A stretch of DNA of 64,000 nucleotides from Eledone cirrhosa (taxonomy: Eukaryota): the NCBI GenBank assembly GCA_964016885.1, contig OZ024742.1, forward strand, positions 360,840,001 to 360,904,000, written 5' to 3'. Below, piece by piece: positions 1-18,000 of this stretch. A program made the translations under genes and the position numbers. The notes under the pieces are model-generated. The model was not told the origin of the DNA. It did no database searches and saw nothing but the letters and a program-made list of their open reading frames with translations. Every line of letters starts with the position of its first letter. Position 1 is the stretch's first letter.

Positions 1-3000
1 CACACAGCATCTCTCACACACAGCATCTCACACACACAGCATCTCACACATACAGCATCTCACACACAGCATCTCACACACAGCATCTCACACACAGCAT
101 CTCACACACACAGCATCTCACACACACAGCATCTCCCACACACAGCATCTCACACACAGCATCTCACACACACAGCATCTCACACACACAGCATCTCACA
201 CACACAGCATCTCACACATACAGCATCTCACACACAGCATCTCACACACACATCATCTCACACACACAGGATCTCACACACACAGCATCTCACACACACA
301 GCATCTCACACACACAGCATCTCACACACACAGCATCTCACACACAGCATCTCACACATACAGCATCACACACACACAGCATCTCACACACACAGCATCT
401 CACACACACAGCATCTCACACACAGCATCTGACACATACAGCATCTCGCACACACAGCATCTCACACACACAGCATCTCACACACACAGCATCTCACACA
501 TACAGCATCTCGCACACACAGCATCTCACACACACAGCATCTCACACACACAGCATCTCACACACACAGCATCTCACACACAGCATCTCACACACAGCAT
601 CTCACACACAGCATCTCACACACACAGCATCTCACACACACAGCATCTCACACACACAGCATCTCACAGACATACAGCATCTCACACACACAGCATCTCA
701 CACACACAGCATCTCACATACACAGCATCTCACACACACAGCATCTCACACACAGCATCTCACACACACAGCATCTCACACACATACAGCATCTCACACA
801 CAGCATCTCACACACACAGCATCTCACACACACAGCATCTCACACACACAGCATCTCACACATACAGCATCTCACACACACAGCATCTCACACACACAGC
901 ATCTCACACACAGCATCTCACACACACAGCATCTCACACATACAGCATCTCACACACAGCATCTCACACACACAGCATCTCACACACACAGCATCTCACA
1001 CACATCATCTCACACACAGCATCTCACATACACAGCATCTCACACACACAGCATCTCACACACAGCATCTTACACACACAGCATCTCACACACAGCATCT
1101 CACACACACAGCATCTCACACACACACCATCTCACACACAGCATCTCACACACAGCATCTCACACACACAGCATCTCACACACACAGCATCTCACACACA
1201 CAGCATCTCACCCACACAGCATCTCACACACACAGCATCTCACACACAGCATCTCACACACGCAGCATCTCACACATACAGCATCTCACACACAGCATTT
1301 CACACACACAGCATCTCACACACAGCATCTCACATACACAGCATCTCACACACACAGCATCTCACACATAGCATCTCACACACACAGCATCTCACACACA
1401 CAGCATCTCACACACACAGCATCTCACACACACAGCATCTCACACACACAGCATCTCACACACACAGCATCTCACACACAGTACTCAAACATACAGCATC
1501 TGACACACAGCATCTCACACACACAGCATCTCACACACACAGCATCTCACACATACAGCATCTCACACACAGCATCTCACACACACAGCATCTCACACAC
1601 ACAGCATCTCACACATACAGCATCTCACACACACAGCATCTCACACACACAGCATCTCACACACACAGCATCTCTCACACAACATCTCACATACAACATC
1701 TCACACACGCAGCATCTCACACACACAGCATCTCTCACACAGCATCTCACACACAGCATCTCACACACACAGCATCTCACACACACAGCATCTCACCCAT
1801 ACAGCATCTCACACACACAGCATCTCACACACAGCATCTCACACACACAGCATCTCACACACACAGCATCTCACACACACAGCATTTCTCACACACAGCA
1901 TCTCACACACACAGCATCTCACACATACAGCATCTCACACACACAGCATCTCACACACAGCATCTCACAAACACAGCATCTCACACACACAGCATCTCAC
2001 ACACACAGCATTTCTCACACACAGCATCTCACACACACAGCATCTCACACACACAGCATCTCACACACAGCATCTCACACACAGCATCTCACACACACAG
2101 CATCTCACACACACAGCATCTCACACACAGCATCTCACACACACAGCATCTCACACATACAGCATCTCACACACAGCATCTCACACACACACAGCATCTC
2201 ACACACACAGCATCTCACACACACAGCATCTCACACATACAGCATCTCACACACACAGCATCTCACACACACAGCATCTCACACACAGCATCTCACACAC
2301 AGCATCTCACACACACAGCATCTCACACATATAGCATCTCACACACAGCATCTCACACACACAGCATCTCACACACACAGCATCTCACACACAGCATCTC
2401 ACACACAGCATCTCACATACACAGCATCTCACACACAGCATCTCACACACAGCATCTCACACACAGCATCTCACACACACAGCATCTCACACACACAGCA
2501 TCTCACACACACAGCATCTCACACACAGCATCTCACACACACAGCATCTCACACACACAGCATCTCACACACACAGCATCTCACACATACAGCATCTCAC
2601 ACACAGCATCTCACACACACAGCATCTCACACACACAGGATCTCACACACACAGCATCTCACACACACAGCATCTCACACACACAGCATCTCACACACAG
2701 CATCTCACACATACAGCATCACACACACACAGCATCTCACACACACAGCATCTCACACACACAGCATCTCACACACAGCATCTGACACATAAAGCATCTC
2801 ACACATACAGCATCTCACACACACAGCATCTCACACACACAGCATCTCACACATACAGCATCTCACACACACAGCATCTCACACACAGCATCTCACATAC
2901 ACAGCATCTCACACACAGCATCTCACACACAGCATCTCACACACACAGCATCTCACACACACAGCATCTCACACACACAGCATCTCACACACAGCATCTC

Positions 3001-6000
3001 ACACACACAGCATCTCACACACACAGCATCTCACACACACAGCATCTCACACACACAGCATCTCACACATACAGCATCTCACACACACCATCTCACACAC
3101 AGCATCTCACACACAGCATCTCACACACAGCATCTCACACACACAGCATCTCTCACACAGCATCTCACACACAGCATCTCACACACACAGCATCTCACAC
3201 ATACAGCATCTCACACACAGCATCTCACACACAGCATCTCACACACACAGCATCTCACACACACAGCATCTCCCACACAGCATCTCACACACACAGCATC
3301 TCACACACACAGCATCTCACACACACAGCATCTCACACACAGCATCTCACACACACATCATCTCACACACACAGGATCTCACACACACAGGATCTCACAC
3401 ACACAGCATCTCACACACACAGCATCTCACACACACAGCATCTCACACACAGCATCTCACACATACAGCATCACACACACACAGCATCTCACACACACAG
3501 CATCTCACACACACAGCATCTCACACACAGCATCTGACACATAAAGCATCTCACACACACAGCATCTCACACACACAGCATCTCACACACACAGCATCTC
3601 ACACACACAGCATCTCACACATACAGCATCTCGCACACACAGCATCTCACACACACAGCATCTCACACATACAGCATCTCGCACACACAGCATCTCACAC
3701 ACACAGCATCTCACACACACAGCATCTCACACACACAGCATCTCACACACACAGCATCTCACACACACAGCATCTCACACATACAGCATCTCGCACACAC
3801 AGCATCTCACACACACAGCATCTCACACACACAGCATCTCACACACACAGCATCTCACACATACAGCATCTCGCACACACAGCATCTCACACACACAGCA
3901 TCTCACACACACAGCATCTCACACACACAGCATCTCACACACACAGCATCTCACACACACAGCATCTCACACACAGCATCTCACACACAGCATCTCAAAC
4001 ACAGCATCTCACACACACAGCATCTCACACACACAGCATCTCACACACACAGCATCTCACACATACAGCATCTCACACACAGCATCTCACACACACAGCA
4101 TCTCACACACACAGCATCTCACACACACAGCATCTCACACATACAGCATCTCACACACACAGCATCTCACACACACAGCATCTCACACACTGCATCTCAC
4201 ACACACAGCATCTCACACATACAGCATCTCACACACAGCATCTCACACACACAGCATCTCACACACACAGCATCTCACACACATCATCTCACACACAGCA
4301 TCTCACATACACAGCATCTCACACACACAGCATCTCACACACAGCATTTCACACACACAGCATCTCACACACAGCATCTCACACAAACAGCATCTCACAC
4401 ACAGCATCTCACACACAGCATCTCACACACACAGCATCTCACACACACAGCATCTCACCCACACAGCATCTCACACACACAGCTATCTCACACACAGCAT
4501 CTCACACACGCAGCATCTCACACATACAGCATCTCACACACAGCATTTCACACACACAGCATCTCACACACAGAACCTCACATACACAGCATCTCACACA
4601 TACAGCATCTCACATACACAACATCTCACACGCACAGCATCTCACACACACGGCATCTCACACACACAGCATCTCACACACACAGCATCTCACATACACA
4701 GCATCTCACACACACAGCATCTCACACACGCAGCATCTCACACACACAGCATCTCACACATAGCATCTCACACACACAGCATCTCACACACACAGCATAA
4801 CACACACTGCATCTCACACACACAGCATCTCACACACAGAATCTCACACACACAGCATCTCACACACACAGCATCTCACACACACATCATCTCACACACA
4901 CAGCATCTCACACACACAGCATCTCACACACACAGCATCTCACACACACAGCATCTCACACACACAGCTTCTCACACACACAGCATCTCACACACACAGC
5001 ATCTCACACACACAGCATCTCACACACACAGCATCTCACACACACAGCATCTCACACAGCATCTCACACACAGCATCTCACACACACAACATCTCACACA
5101 CAGCATCTCACACACACAGCATCTCACACATACAGCATCTCACACACACAGCATCTCACACACACAGCATCTCACACACACAGCATCTCACACACACAGC
5201 ATCTCACACACACAGCATCTCACACACACAGCATCTCACACACACAGCATCTCACACACACAACATCTCACACACAGCATCTCACACACACAGCATCTCA
5301 CACACACAGCATCTCACACACACAGCATCTCACACACACAGCATCTCACACACAGCATCTCACACGCAGCATCTCACACACAGCATCTCACACACACAGC
5401 ATCTCACATACACAGCATCTCACACACACAGCATCTCACACACACAGCATCTCACACACACAGCATCTCACATACACAGCATCTCACACACACAGCATCT
5501 CACATACACAGCATCTCACACACAGCATCTCACACACACAGCATCTCACACACACAGCATCTCACATACACAGCATCTCACACACACAGCATCTCACACA
5601 CACTGCATCTCACACACACAGCATCTCACACACACAGCATCTCACACACACAGCATCTCACACACACAGCATCTCACACACAGCATCTCACACACACAGC
5701 ATCTCACACACACAGCATCTCACACACACAGTATCTCACACGCAGCATCTCACACACAGCATCTCACACACACAGCGTCTCACATACACAGCATCTCACA
5801 CACACAGCATCTCACACACACAGCATCTCACACACACAGCATCTCACATACACAGCATCTCACACACACAGCATCTCACATACACAGCATCTCACACACA
5901 CAGCATCTCACATACACAGCATCTCACACACACAGCATCTCACATACACAGCATCTCACACACAGCATCTCACACACACAGCATCTCACACACAGCATCT

Positions 6001-9000
6001 CACACACAGCATCTCACACACACAGCATCTCACACACACAGCATCTCACACACACAGCATCTCACACACAGCATCTCACACACAGCATCTCACACACACA
6101 GCATCTCACACACACAGCATCTCACACACACAGCATCTCACACACACAGCATCTCACACACAGCATCTCACACACAGCATCTCACACACACAGCATCTCA
6201 CATACACAGCATCTCACACACACAGCTTCTCACACACACAGCATCTCACACACACAGCACCTCACACATACAGCATCTCACACACAGCATCTCACACACA
6301 CAGCATCTCACACACACAGCATCTCACACATACAGCATCCCACACACACAGCATCTCACACACACAGCATCTCACACACAGCATCTCACACACAGCATCT
6401 CACACATACAGCATCTCACACACAGCATCTCACACACAGCATCTCAAATACACAGCATCTGACACACAGCATCTCACACACAGCATCTCACATACACAGC
6501 ATCTCACACACACAGCATCTCACACACAGCATCTCACACACACAGTATCTCACACACACAGCATCTCACACACACAGCATCTCACACAGCATCTCACACA
6601 CATCATCTCACACACACAACATCTCACACACAGCATCTCACACACACAGCATCTCACACATACAGCATCTCACACACACAGCATCTCACACACACAGCAT
6701 CTCACACACACAGCATCTCCCACACACAGCATCTCACACACACATCACCTCACACACACAGCATCTCACACACACAGCATCTCACACACACAACATCTCA
6801 GACACAGCATCTCACACACACAGCATCTCACACACACAGCATCTCACACACACAGCATCTCACACACACAGCATCTCACACACAGCATCTCACACGCAGC
6901 ATCTCACACACAGCATCTCACACACACAGCATCTCACATACACAGCATCTCACACACACAGCATCTCACACACACAGCATCTCACACACACAGCATCTCA
7001 CACACACAGCATCTCACATACACAGCATCTCACACACACAGCATCTCACATACACAGCATCTCACACACAGCATCTCACACACACAGCATCTCACACACA
7101 CAGCATCTCACATACACAGCATCTCACACACACAGCATCTCACACACACTGCATCTCACACACACAGCATCTCATACACACAGCATCTCACACACACAGC
7201 ATCTCACACACAGCATCTCACACACACAACATCTCACACACAGCATCTCACACACACAGCATCTCACACACACAGCATCTCACACACACAGTATCTCACA
7301 CGCAGCATCTCACACACAGCATCTCACACACACAGCATCTCACACACACAGCATCTCACACACACAGCATCTCACACACAGCATCTCACACACACAGCAT
7401 CTCACACACACAGCATCTCACACACACAGCATCTCACACACACAGCATCTCACACACACAGCATCTCACGCACACAGCATCTCACACACACAGCATCTCA
7501 CACAGCATCTCACACACAGCATCTCACACACACAACATCTCACACACAGCATCTCACACACACAGCATCTCACACACAGCATCTCACACACACAGCATCT
7601 CACACACACAGCATCTCACACACACAGCATCTCACACACACAGCATCTCACACACACAGCATCTCACATACACAGCATCTCACACACACAGCATCTCACA
7701 TACACAGCATCTCACACACACAGCATCTCACATACACAGCATCTCACACACACAGCATCTCACACACACAGCATCTCACATACACAGCATCTCACACACA
7801 CAGCTTCTCACACACACAGCATCTCACACACAGCATCTCACACACAGCATCTCACACACACAGCATCTCACACACACAGCATTTCACACACAGCATCTCA
7901 CACACAGCATCTCACACACACAGAATCTCACACACACAGCATCTCACACACACAGCATCTCACACACACAGCATCTCACACACACAGCACCTCACACATA
8001 CAGCATCTCACACACAGCATCTCACACACACAGCATCTCACACACACAGCATCTCACACACACAGCATCTCACACATACAGCATCTCACACACACAGCAT
8101 CTCACACACACAGCATCTCACACACAGCATCTCACACACAGCATCTCACACACACAGCATCTCACACATACAGCATCTCACACACAGCATCTCACACACA
8201 CAGCATCTCACACACACAGCATCTCACACACAGCATCTCACACACAGCATCTCACATACACAGCATCTCACACACACAGCATCTCACACACAGCATCTCA
8301 CACACACAGCATCTCACACACAGCATCTCACACAAACAGCATCTCACACACAGCATCTCACACACAGCATCTCACACACACAGCATCTCACACACACAGC
8401 ATCTCACACTCACAGCATCTCACACACACAGCATCTCACACACACAGCATCTCACACACACAGCATCTCACACACAGCATCTCACACACAGCATCTCACA
8501 CACACAACATCTCACACATTCAGCATTTCACACACAGCATCTCACACACGCAGCATCTCACACACACAGCATCTCACACACAGCATCTCACATACACAGC
8601 ATCTCACACACACAGCATCTCACACATAGCATCTCACACACACAGCATCTCACACACTGCATCTCACACACACAGCATCTCACACACAGCATCTCACACA
8701 CACAGCATCTCACACACACAGCATCTCACACACACAGCATCTCACACACACAGCATCTCACACACACAGCATCTCACACACAGCATCTCACACACACAGC
8801 ATCTCACACACACAGCATCTCACACACACAGCATCTCACACACACATCATCTCACACACACAGCATCTCACAGACACAGCATCTCACACACACAGCATCT
8901 CACACACACAGCATCTCAGACACACAGCATCTCACACAGCATCTCACACACAGCATCTCACACACACAACATCTCACACACAGCATCTCACACACACAGC

Positions 9001-12000
9001 ATCTCACACATACAGCATCTCACACACACAGCATCTCACACACACAGCATCTCACACACACAGCATCTCACATACACAGCATCTCACACACACAGCATCT
9101 CACACACACAGCATCTCACACACACAGCATCTCACACACACAGCATCTCACACACACAGCATCTCACACACACAACATCTTACACACAGCATCTCACACA
9201 CACAGCATCTCACACACACAGCATCTAACACACAGCATCTCACACACACAGCATCTCACACACACAGCATCTCACACACACAGCATCTCACACACACAAC
9301 ATCTCACACACAGCATCTCACACACACAGCATCTCACACACACAGCATCTCACCCGCAGCATCTCACACACAGCATCTCACACACACAGCATCTCACATA
9401 CACAGCATCTCACACACACAGCATCTCACACACACAGCATCTCACACACACAGCATCTCACACACACAGCATCTCACACACACAGCATCTCACATACACA
9501 GCATCTCACACACAGCATCTCACACACACTGCATCTCACACACACAGCATCTCACATACACAGCATCTCACACACACAGCATCTCACACACACAGCATCT
9601 CACACACACAGCATCTCGCACATACAGCATCTCACACACAGCATCTCACACACACAGCATCTCACACACACAGCATCTCACACACACAGCATCTCACATA
9701 CACAGCATCTCACACACACAGCATCTCGCACATACAGCATCTCACACACAGCATCTCACACACACAGCATCTCATACACACAGCATCTCACACACACAGC
9801 ATCTCACACACAGCATCTCACACACACAACATCTCACACACAGCATCTCACACACACAGCATCTCACACACACAGCATCTCACACACACAGTATCTCACA
9901 CGCAGCATCTCACACACAGCATCTCACACACACAGCATCTCACACACACATCATCTCACACACACAGCATCTCACACACAGCATCTCACACACACAGCAT
10001 CTCACACACACAGCATCTCACACACACAGCATCTCACACACACAGCATCTCACACACACAGCATCTCACGCACACAGCATCTCACACACACAGCATCTCA
10101 CACAGCATCTCACACACAGCATCTCACACACACAACATCTCACACACAGCATCTCACACACACAGCATCTCACACACAGCATCTCACACACACAGCATCT
10201 CACACACACAGCATCTCACACACACAGCATCTCACACACACAGCATCTCACACACACAACATCTTACACACAGCATCTCACACACACAGCATCTCACACA
10301 CACAGCATCTAACACACAGCATCTCACACACACAGCATCTCACACACACAGCATCTCACACACACAGCATCTCACACACACAACATCTCACACACAGCAT
10401 CTCACACACACAGCATCTCACACACACAGCATCTCACCCGCAGCATCTCACACACAGCATCTCACACACACAGCATCTCACATACACAGCATCTCACACA
10501 CACAGCATCTCACACACACAGCATCTCACACACACAGCATCTCACACACACAGCATCTCACACACACAGCATCTCACATACACAGCATCTCACACACAGC
10601 ATCTCACACACACAGCATCTCACACACACAGCATCTCACATACACAGCATCTCACACACACAGCATCTCACACACACAGCATCTCACACACACAGCATCT
10701 CGCACATACAGCATCTCACACACAGCATCTCACACACACAGCATCTCACACACACAGCATCTCACACACACAGCATCTCACATACACAGCATCTCACACA
10801 CACAGCATCTCGCACATACAGCATCTCACACACAGCATCTCACACACACAGCATCTCATACACACAGCATCTCACACACACAGCATCTCACACACAGCAT
10901 CTCACACACACAACATCTCACACACAGCATCTCACACACACAGCATCTCACACACACAGCATCTCACACACACAGTATCTCACACGCAGCATCTCACACA
11001 CAGCATCTCACACACACAGCATCTCACACACACAGCATCTCACACACACAGCATCTCACACACAGCATCTCACACACACAGCATCTCACACACACAGCAT
11101 CTCACACACACAGCATCTCACACACACAGCATCTCACACACACAGCATCTCACGCACACAGCATCTCACACACACAGCATCTCACACAGCATCTCACACA
11201 CAGCATCTCACACACACAACATCTCACACACAGCATCTCACACACAGCATCTCACACACACAGCATCTCACACACACAGCATCTCACACACACAGCGTCT
11301 CACATACACAGCATCTCACACACACAGCATCTCACACACACAGCATCTCACATACACAGCATCTCACACACACAGCATCTCACATACACAGCATCTCACA
11401 CACACAGCATCTCACATACACAGCATCTCACACACACAGCATCTCACACACACAGCATCTCACATACACAGCATCTCACACACACAGCTTCTCACACACA
11501 CAGCATCTCACACACAGCATCTCACACACAGCATCTCACACACACAGCATCTCACACACACAGCATCTCACACACAGCATCTCACACACACAGAATCTCA
11601 CACACACAGCATCTCACACACACAGCATCTCACACACACAGCATCTCACACACACAGCACCTCACACATACAGCATCTCACACACAGCATCTCACACACA
11701 CAGCATCTCACACACACAGCATCTCACACACACAGCATCTCACACATACAGCATCTCACACACACAGCATCTCACACACACAGCATCTCACACACAGCAT
11801 CTCACACACAGCATCTCACACACACAGCATCTCACACATACAGCATCTCACACACAGCATCTCACACACACAGCATCTCACACACACAGCATCTCACACA
11901 CAGCATCTCACACACAGCATCTCACATACACAGCATCTCACACACACAGCATCTCACACACAGCATCTCACACACACAGCATCTCACACACAGCATCTCA

Positions 12001-15000
12001 CACAAACAGCATCTCACACACAGCATCTCACACACAGCATCTCACACACACAGCATCTCACACACACAGCATCTCACACTCACAGCATCTCACACACACA
12101 GCATCTCACACACACAGCATCTCACACACACAGCATCTCACACACAGCATCTCACACACACAGCATCTCACACATTCAGCATTTCACACACAGCATCTCA
12201 CACACGCAGCATCTCACACACACAGCATCTCACACACAGCATCTCACATACACAGCATCTCACACACACAGCATCTCACACATAGCATCTCACACACACA
12301 GCATCTCACACACTGCATCTCACACACACAGCATCTCACACACACAGCATCTCACACACACAGCATCTCACACACACAGCATCTCACACACACAGCATCT
12401 CACACACACAGCATCTCACACACACAGCATCTCACACACAGCATCTCACACACACAGCATCTCACACACACAGCATCTCACACACACAGCATCTCACACA
12501 CACAGCATCTCACACACACAGCATCTCACACACACAGCATCTCACACACACAGCATCTCACACACACAGCATCTCAGACACACAGCATCTCACACAGCAT
12601 CTCACACACAGCATCTCACACACACAACATCTCACACACAGCATCTCACACACACAGCATCTCACACATACAGCATCTCACACACACAGCATCTCACACA
12701 CACAGCATCTCACACACACAGCATCTCACATACACAGCATCTCACACACACAGCATCTCACACACACAGCATCTCACACACACAGCATCTCACACACACA
12801 GCATCTCACACACACAGCATCTCACACACACAACATCTTACACACAGCATCTCACACACACAGCATCTCACACACACAGCATCTAACACACAGCATCTCA
12901 CACACACAGCATCTCACACACACAGCATCTCACACACACAGCATCTCACACACACAACATCTCACACACAGCATCTCACACACACAGCATCTCACACACA
13001 CAGCATCTCACCCGCAGCATCTCACACACAGCATCTCACACACACAGCATCTCACATACACAGCATCTCACACACACAGCATCTCACACACACAGCATCT
13101 CACACACACAGCATCTCACACACACAGCATCTCACACACACAGCATCTCACATACACAGCATCTCACACACAGCATCTCACACACACAGCATCTCACACA
13201 CACAGCATCTCACATACACAGCATCTCACACACACAGCATCTCACACACACAGCATCTCACACACACAGCATCTCACACATACAGCATCTCACACACAGC
13301 ATCTCACACACACAGCATCTCACACACACAGCATCTCACACACACAGCATCTCACATACACAGCATCTCACACACACAGCATCTCGCACATACAGCATCT
13401 CACACACAGCATCTCACACACACAGCATCTCACACACACAGCATCTCACACATACAGCATCTCACACACAGCATCTCACACACACAGCATCTCACACACA
13501 CAGCATCTCACACACAGCATCTCACACACAGCATCTCACACACACAGCATCTCACACACACAGCATCTCACACACAGCATCTCACACACACAGCATCTCA
13601 CACACACAGCATCTCACACACACAGCATCTCACACACACAGCATCTCACACACACAGCATCTCACACACACAGCATCTCACACACACAGCATCTCACACA
13701 CACAGCATCTCACACACACAGCATCTCACACACACACCATCTCACACACACAGCATCTCACACACACAGCATCTCACACACACAACATCTCACACAAACA
13801 GCATCTCACACGCACAACATCTCACACACAGAGCATCTCACACACACAGCATCTCACACACACAGCATCTCACCCGCAGCATCTCACATACAGCATCTCA
13901 CACACACAGCATCTCACATACACAGCATCTCACACACACAGCATCTCACACACACAGCATCTCACACACACAGCATCTCACACACACAGCATCTCACATA
14001 CACAGCATCTCACACACAGCATCTCACACACACAGCATCTCACACACACAGCATCTCACATACACAGCATCTCACACACACAGCATCTCACACACACAGC
14101 ATCTCACACACACAGCATCTCACACACACAGCATCTCACACACACAGCATCTCACACACACAGCATCTCACACACAGCATCTCACACATACAGCATCACA
14201 CACACACAGCATCTCACACACACAGCATCTCACATACACAGCATCTCACACACACAGCATCTCACACACACAGCATCTCACACACACAGCATCTCACACA
14301 CACAGCATCTCACACACAGCATCTCACACATACAGCATCACACACACACAGCATCTCACACACACAGCATCTCACATACACAGCATCTCACATACACAGC
14401 ATCTCACACACACAGCATCTCACACACACAGCATCTCACACACAGCATCTCACACATACAGCATCACACACACACAGCATCTCACACACACAGCATCTCA
14501 CATACACAGCATCTCACACACACAGCATCTCGCACATACAGCATCTCACACACAGCATCTCACACACAGCATCTCACACACACAGCATCTCACACACACA
14601 GCATCTCACACACACAGCATCTCACACACAGCATCTCACACATACAGCATCACACACACACAGCATCTCACACACACAGCATCTCTCACACACAGCATCT
14701 GACACATACAGCATCTCACACACACAGCATCTCACACACACAGCATCTCACACACACAGCATCTCACACATACAGCATCTCACACACAGCATCTCACACA
14801 CACAGCATCTCACACACACAGCATCTCACACACACAGCATCTCACACACAGCATCTCACACATACAGCATCACACACACACAGCATCTCACACACACAGC
14901 ATCTCTCACACACAGCATCTGACACATACAACATCTCACACACACAGCATCTCACACACACAGCATCTCACACACACAGTATCTCACACACACAGCATCT

Positions 15001-18000
15001 CACACACAGCATCTCACACATACAGCATCTCACACACAGCATCTCACACACAGCATCTCACACACAGCATCTCACACACACAGCATCTCACACACACAGC
15101 ATCTCGCGCATACAGCATCTCACACACAGCATCTCACACACAGCATCTCACACACACAGCATCTCACACACAGCATCTCACACACAGCATCTCACACACA
15201 GCATCTCACACACACAGCATCTCACACACAGCATCTCACACACACAGCATCTCACATACACAGCATCTCACACACAGCATCTCACACACACGGCATCTCA
15301 CACACACAGCATCTCACACATACAACAACTCACACACAGCATCTCACACACACAGCATCTCACACACACAGCATCTCACACACACAGCATCTCACACACA
15401 GCATCTCACACATACAGCATCTCACACACAGCATCTCACACACACAGCATCTCACACACACAGCATCTCACACATACAGCATCTCACACACAGCATCTCA
15501 CACATACAGCATCTCACACACAGCATCTCACACACACAGAATCTCACACACACAGCATCTCACACACACAGCATCTCACACACACAGCATCTCACACACA
15601 CAGCATCTCTCACACAGCATCTCACACACAGCATCTCACACACAGCATCTCACACACACAGCATCTCACACCCACAGCATCTCACACACACAGCATCTCA
15701 CACACACAGCATCTCACACACACAGCATCTCACACATACAGCATCTCACACACACAGCATCTCTCACACAGCATCTCTCACACACAGCATCTCAAACACA
15801 GCATCTCACACACACAACATCTCACACACACAGCATCTCACACACAGCATCTCACACACAGCATCTCAGACACACAGCATCTCACACACACAGCATCTCA
15901 CACACAGCATCTCACACACACCATCTCACACACACAGCATCTCACACACACAGCATCTCACACACACAGCATCTCACACACACAGCATCTCACACATACA
16001 GCATCTCACACACAGCATCTCACACACAGCATCTCACACACAGCATCTCACACACACAGCATCTCTCACACAGCATCTCACACACACAGCATCTCACACA
16101 TACAGCATCTCACACACAGCATCTCACACACAGCATCTCACACACAGCATCTCACACACACAGCATCTCACACACACAGCATCTCACACGCACAGCATCT
16201 CACACACAGCATCTCACACACACAGCATCTCACACACACAGCATCTCACACATACAGCATCTCACACACAGCATCTCACACACACAGCATCTCACACACA
16301 CAGCATCTCACACACACAGCATCTCACACACACAGCATCTCACACACAGCATCTCACACATACAGCATCACACACACACAGCATCTCACACACACAGCAT
16401 CTCACACACACAGCATCTCACACACACAGCATCTCACACACACAGCATCTCACACACACAGCATCTCACACATACAGCATCTCACACACACAGCATCTCA
16501 CACACACAGCATCTCACACACACAGCATCTCACACACAGCATCTCACACATACAGCATCTCACACACAGCATCTCACACACAGCATCTCACACACAGCAT
16601 CTCACACACACAGCATCTCACACACACAGCATCTCACACACACAGCATCTCACACATACAGCATCTCACACACAGCATCTCACACACACAGCATCTCACA
16701 CACACAGCATCTCACACACACAGCATCTCACACATACAGCATCTCACACACACAGCATCTCACACACACAGCATCTCACACACAGCATCTCACACACAGC
16801 ATCTCACACACACAGCATCTCACACATACAGCATCTCACACACAGCATCTCACACACACAGCATCTCACACACAGCATCTCACACACAGCATCTCACATA
16901 CACAGCATCTCACACACACAGCATCTCACACACAGCATCTCACACACACAGCATCTCACACACAGCATCTCACACAAACAGCATCTCACACACAGCAGCT
17001 CACACACAGCATCTCACACACAGCATCTCACACACACAGCATCTCACACACACAGCATCTCACACACACAGCATCTCACACACACAGCATCTCACACACA
17101 CAGCATCTCACACACAGCATCTCACACACACAGCATCTCACACATACAGCATCTCACACACAGCATCTCACACACACAGCATCTCACACACACACAGCAT
17201 CTCACACACAGCATCTCACATACACAGCATCTCACACACACAGCATCTCACACATAGCATCTCACACACACAGCATCTCACACACAGCATCTCACACACA
17301 CAGCATCTCACACACTGCATCTCACACACACAGCATCTCACACACACAGCATCTCGCACACAGCATCTCACACACACAGCATCTCACACACACAGCATCT
17401 CACACACACAGCATCTCACACACACATCATCTCACACACACAGCATCTCACACACAGCATCTCACACACACAGCATCTCACACACACAGCATCTCACACA
17501 CACAGCATCTCACACACACAGCATCTCACACACACAGCATCTCACACAGCATCTCACACACAGCATCTCACACACACAACATCTCACACACAGCATCTCA
17601 CACACACAGCATCTCACACATACAGCATCTCACACACACAGCATCTCACACACACAGCATCTCACACACACAGCATCTCACACACACAACATCTCAGACA
17701 CAGCATCTCACACACACAGCATCTCACACACACAGCATCTCACACACACAGCATCTCACACACAGCATCTCACACGCAGCATCTCACACACAGCATCTCA
17801 CACACACAGCATATCACATACACAGCATCTCACACACACAGCATCTCACACACACAGCATCTCACACACACAGCATCTCACACATAGCATCTCACACACA
17901 CAGCATCTCACACACTGCATCTCACACACACAGCATCTCACACACACAGCATCTCACACACAGCATCTCACACACACAGCATCTCACACACACAGCATCT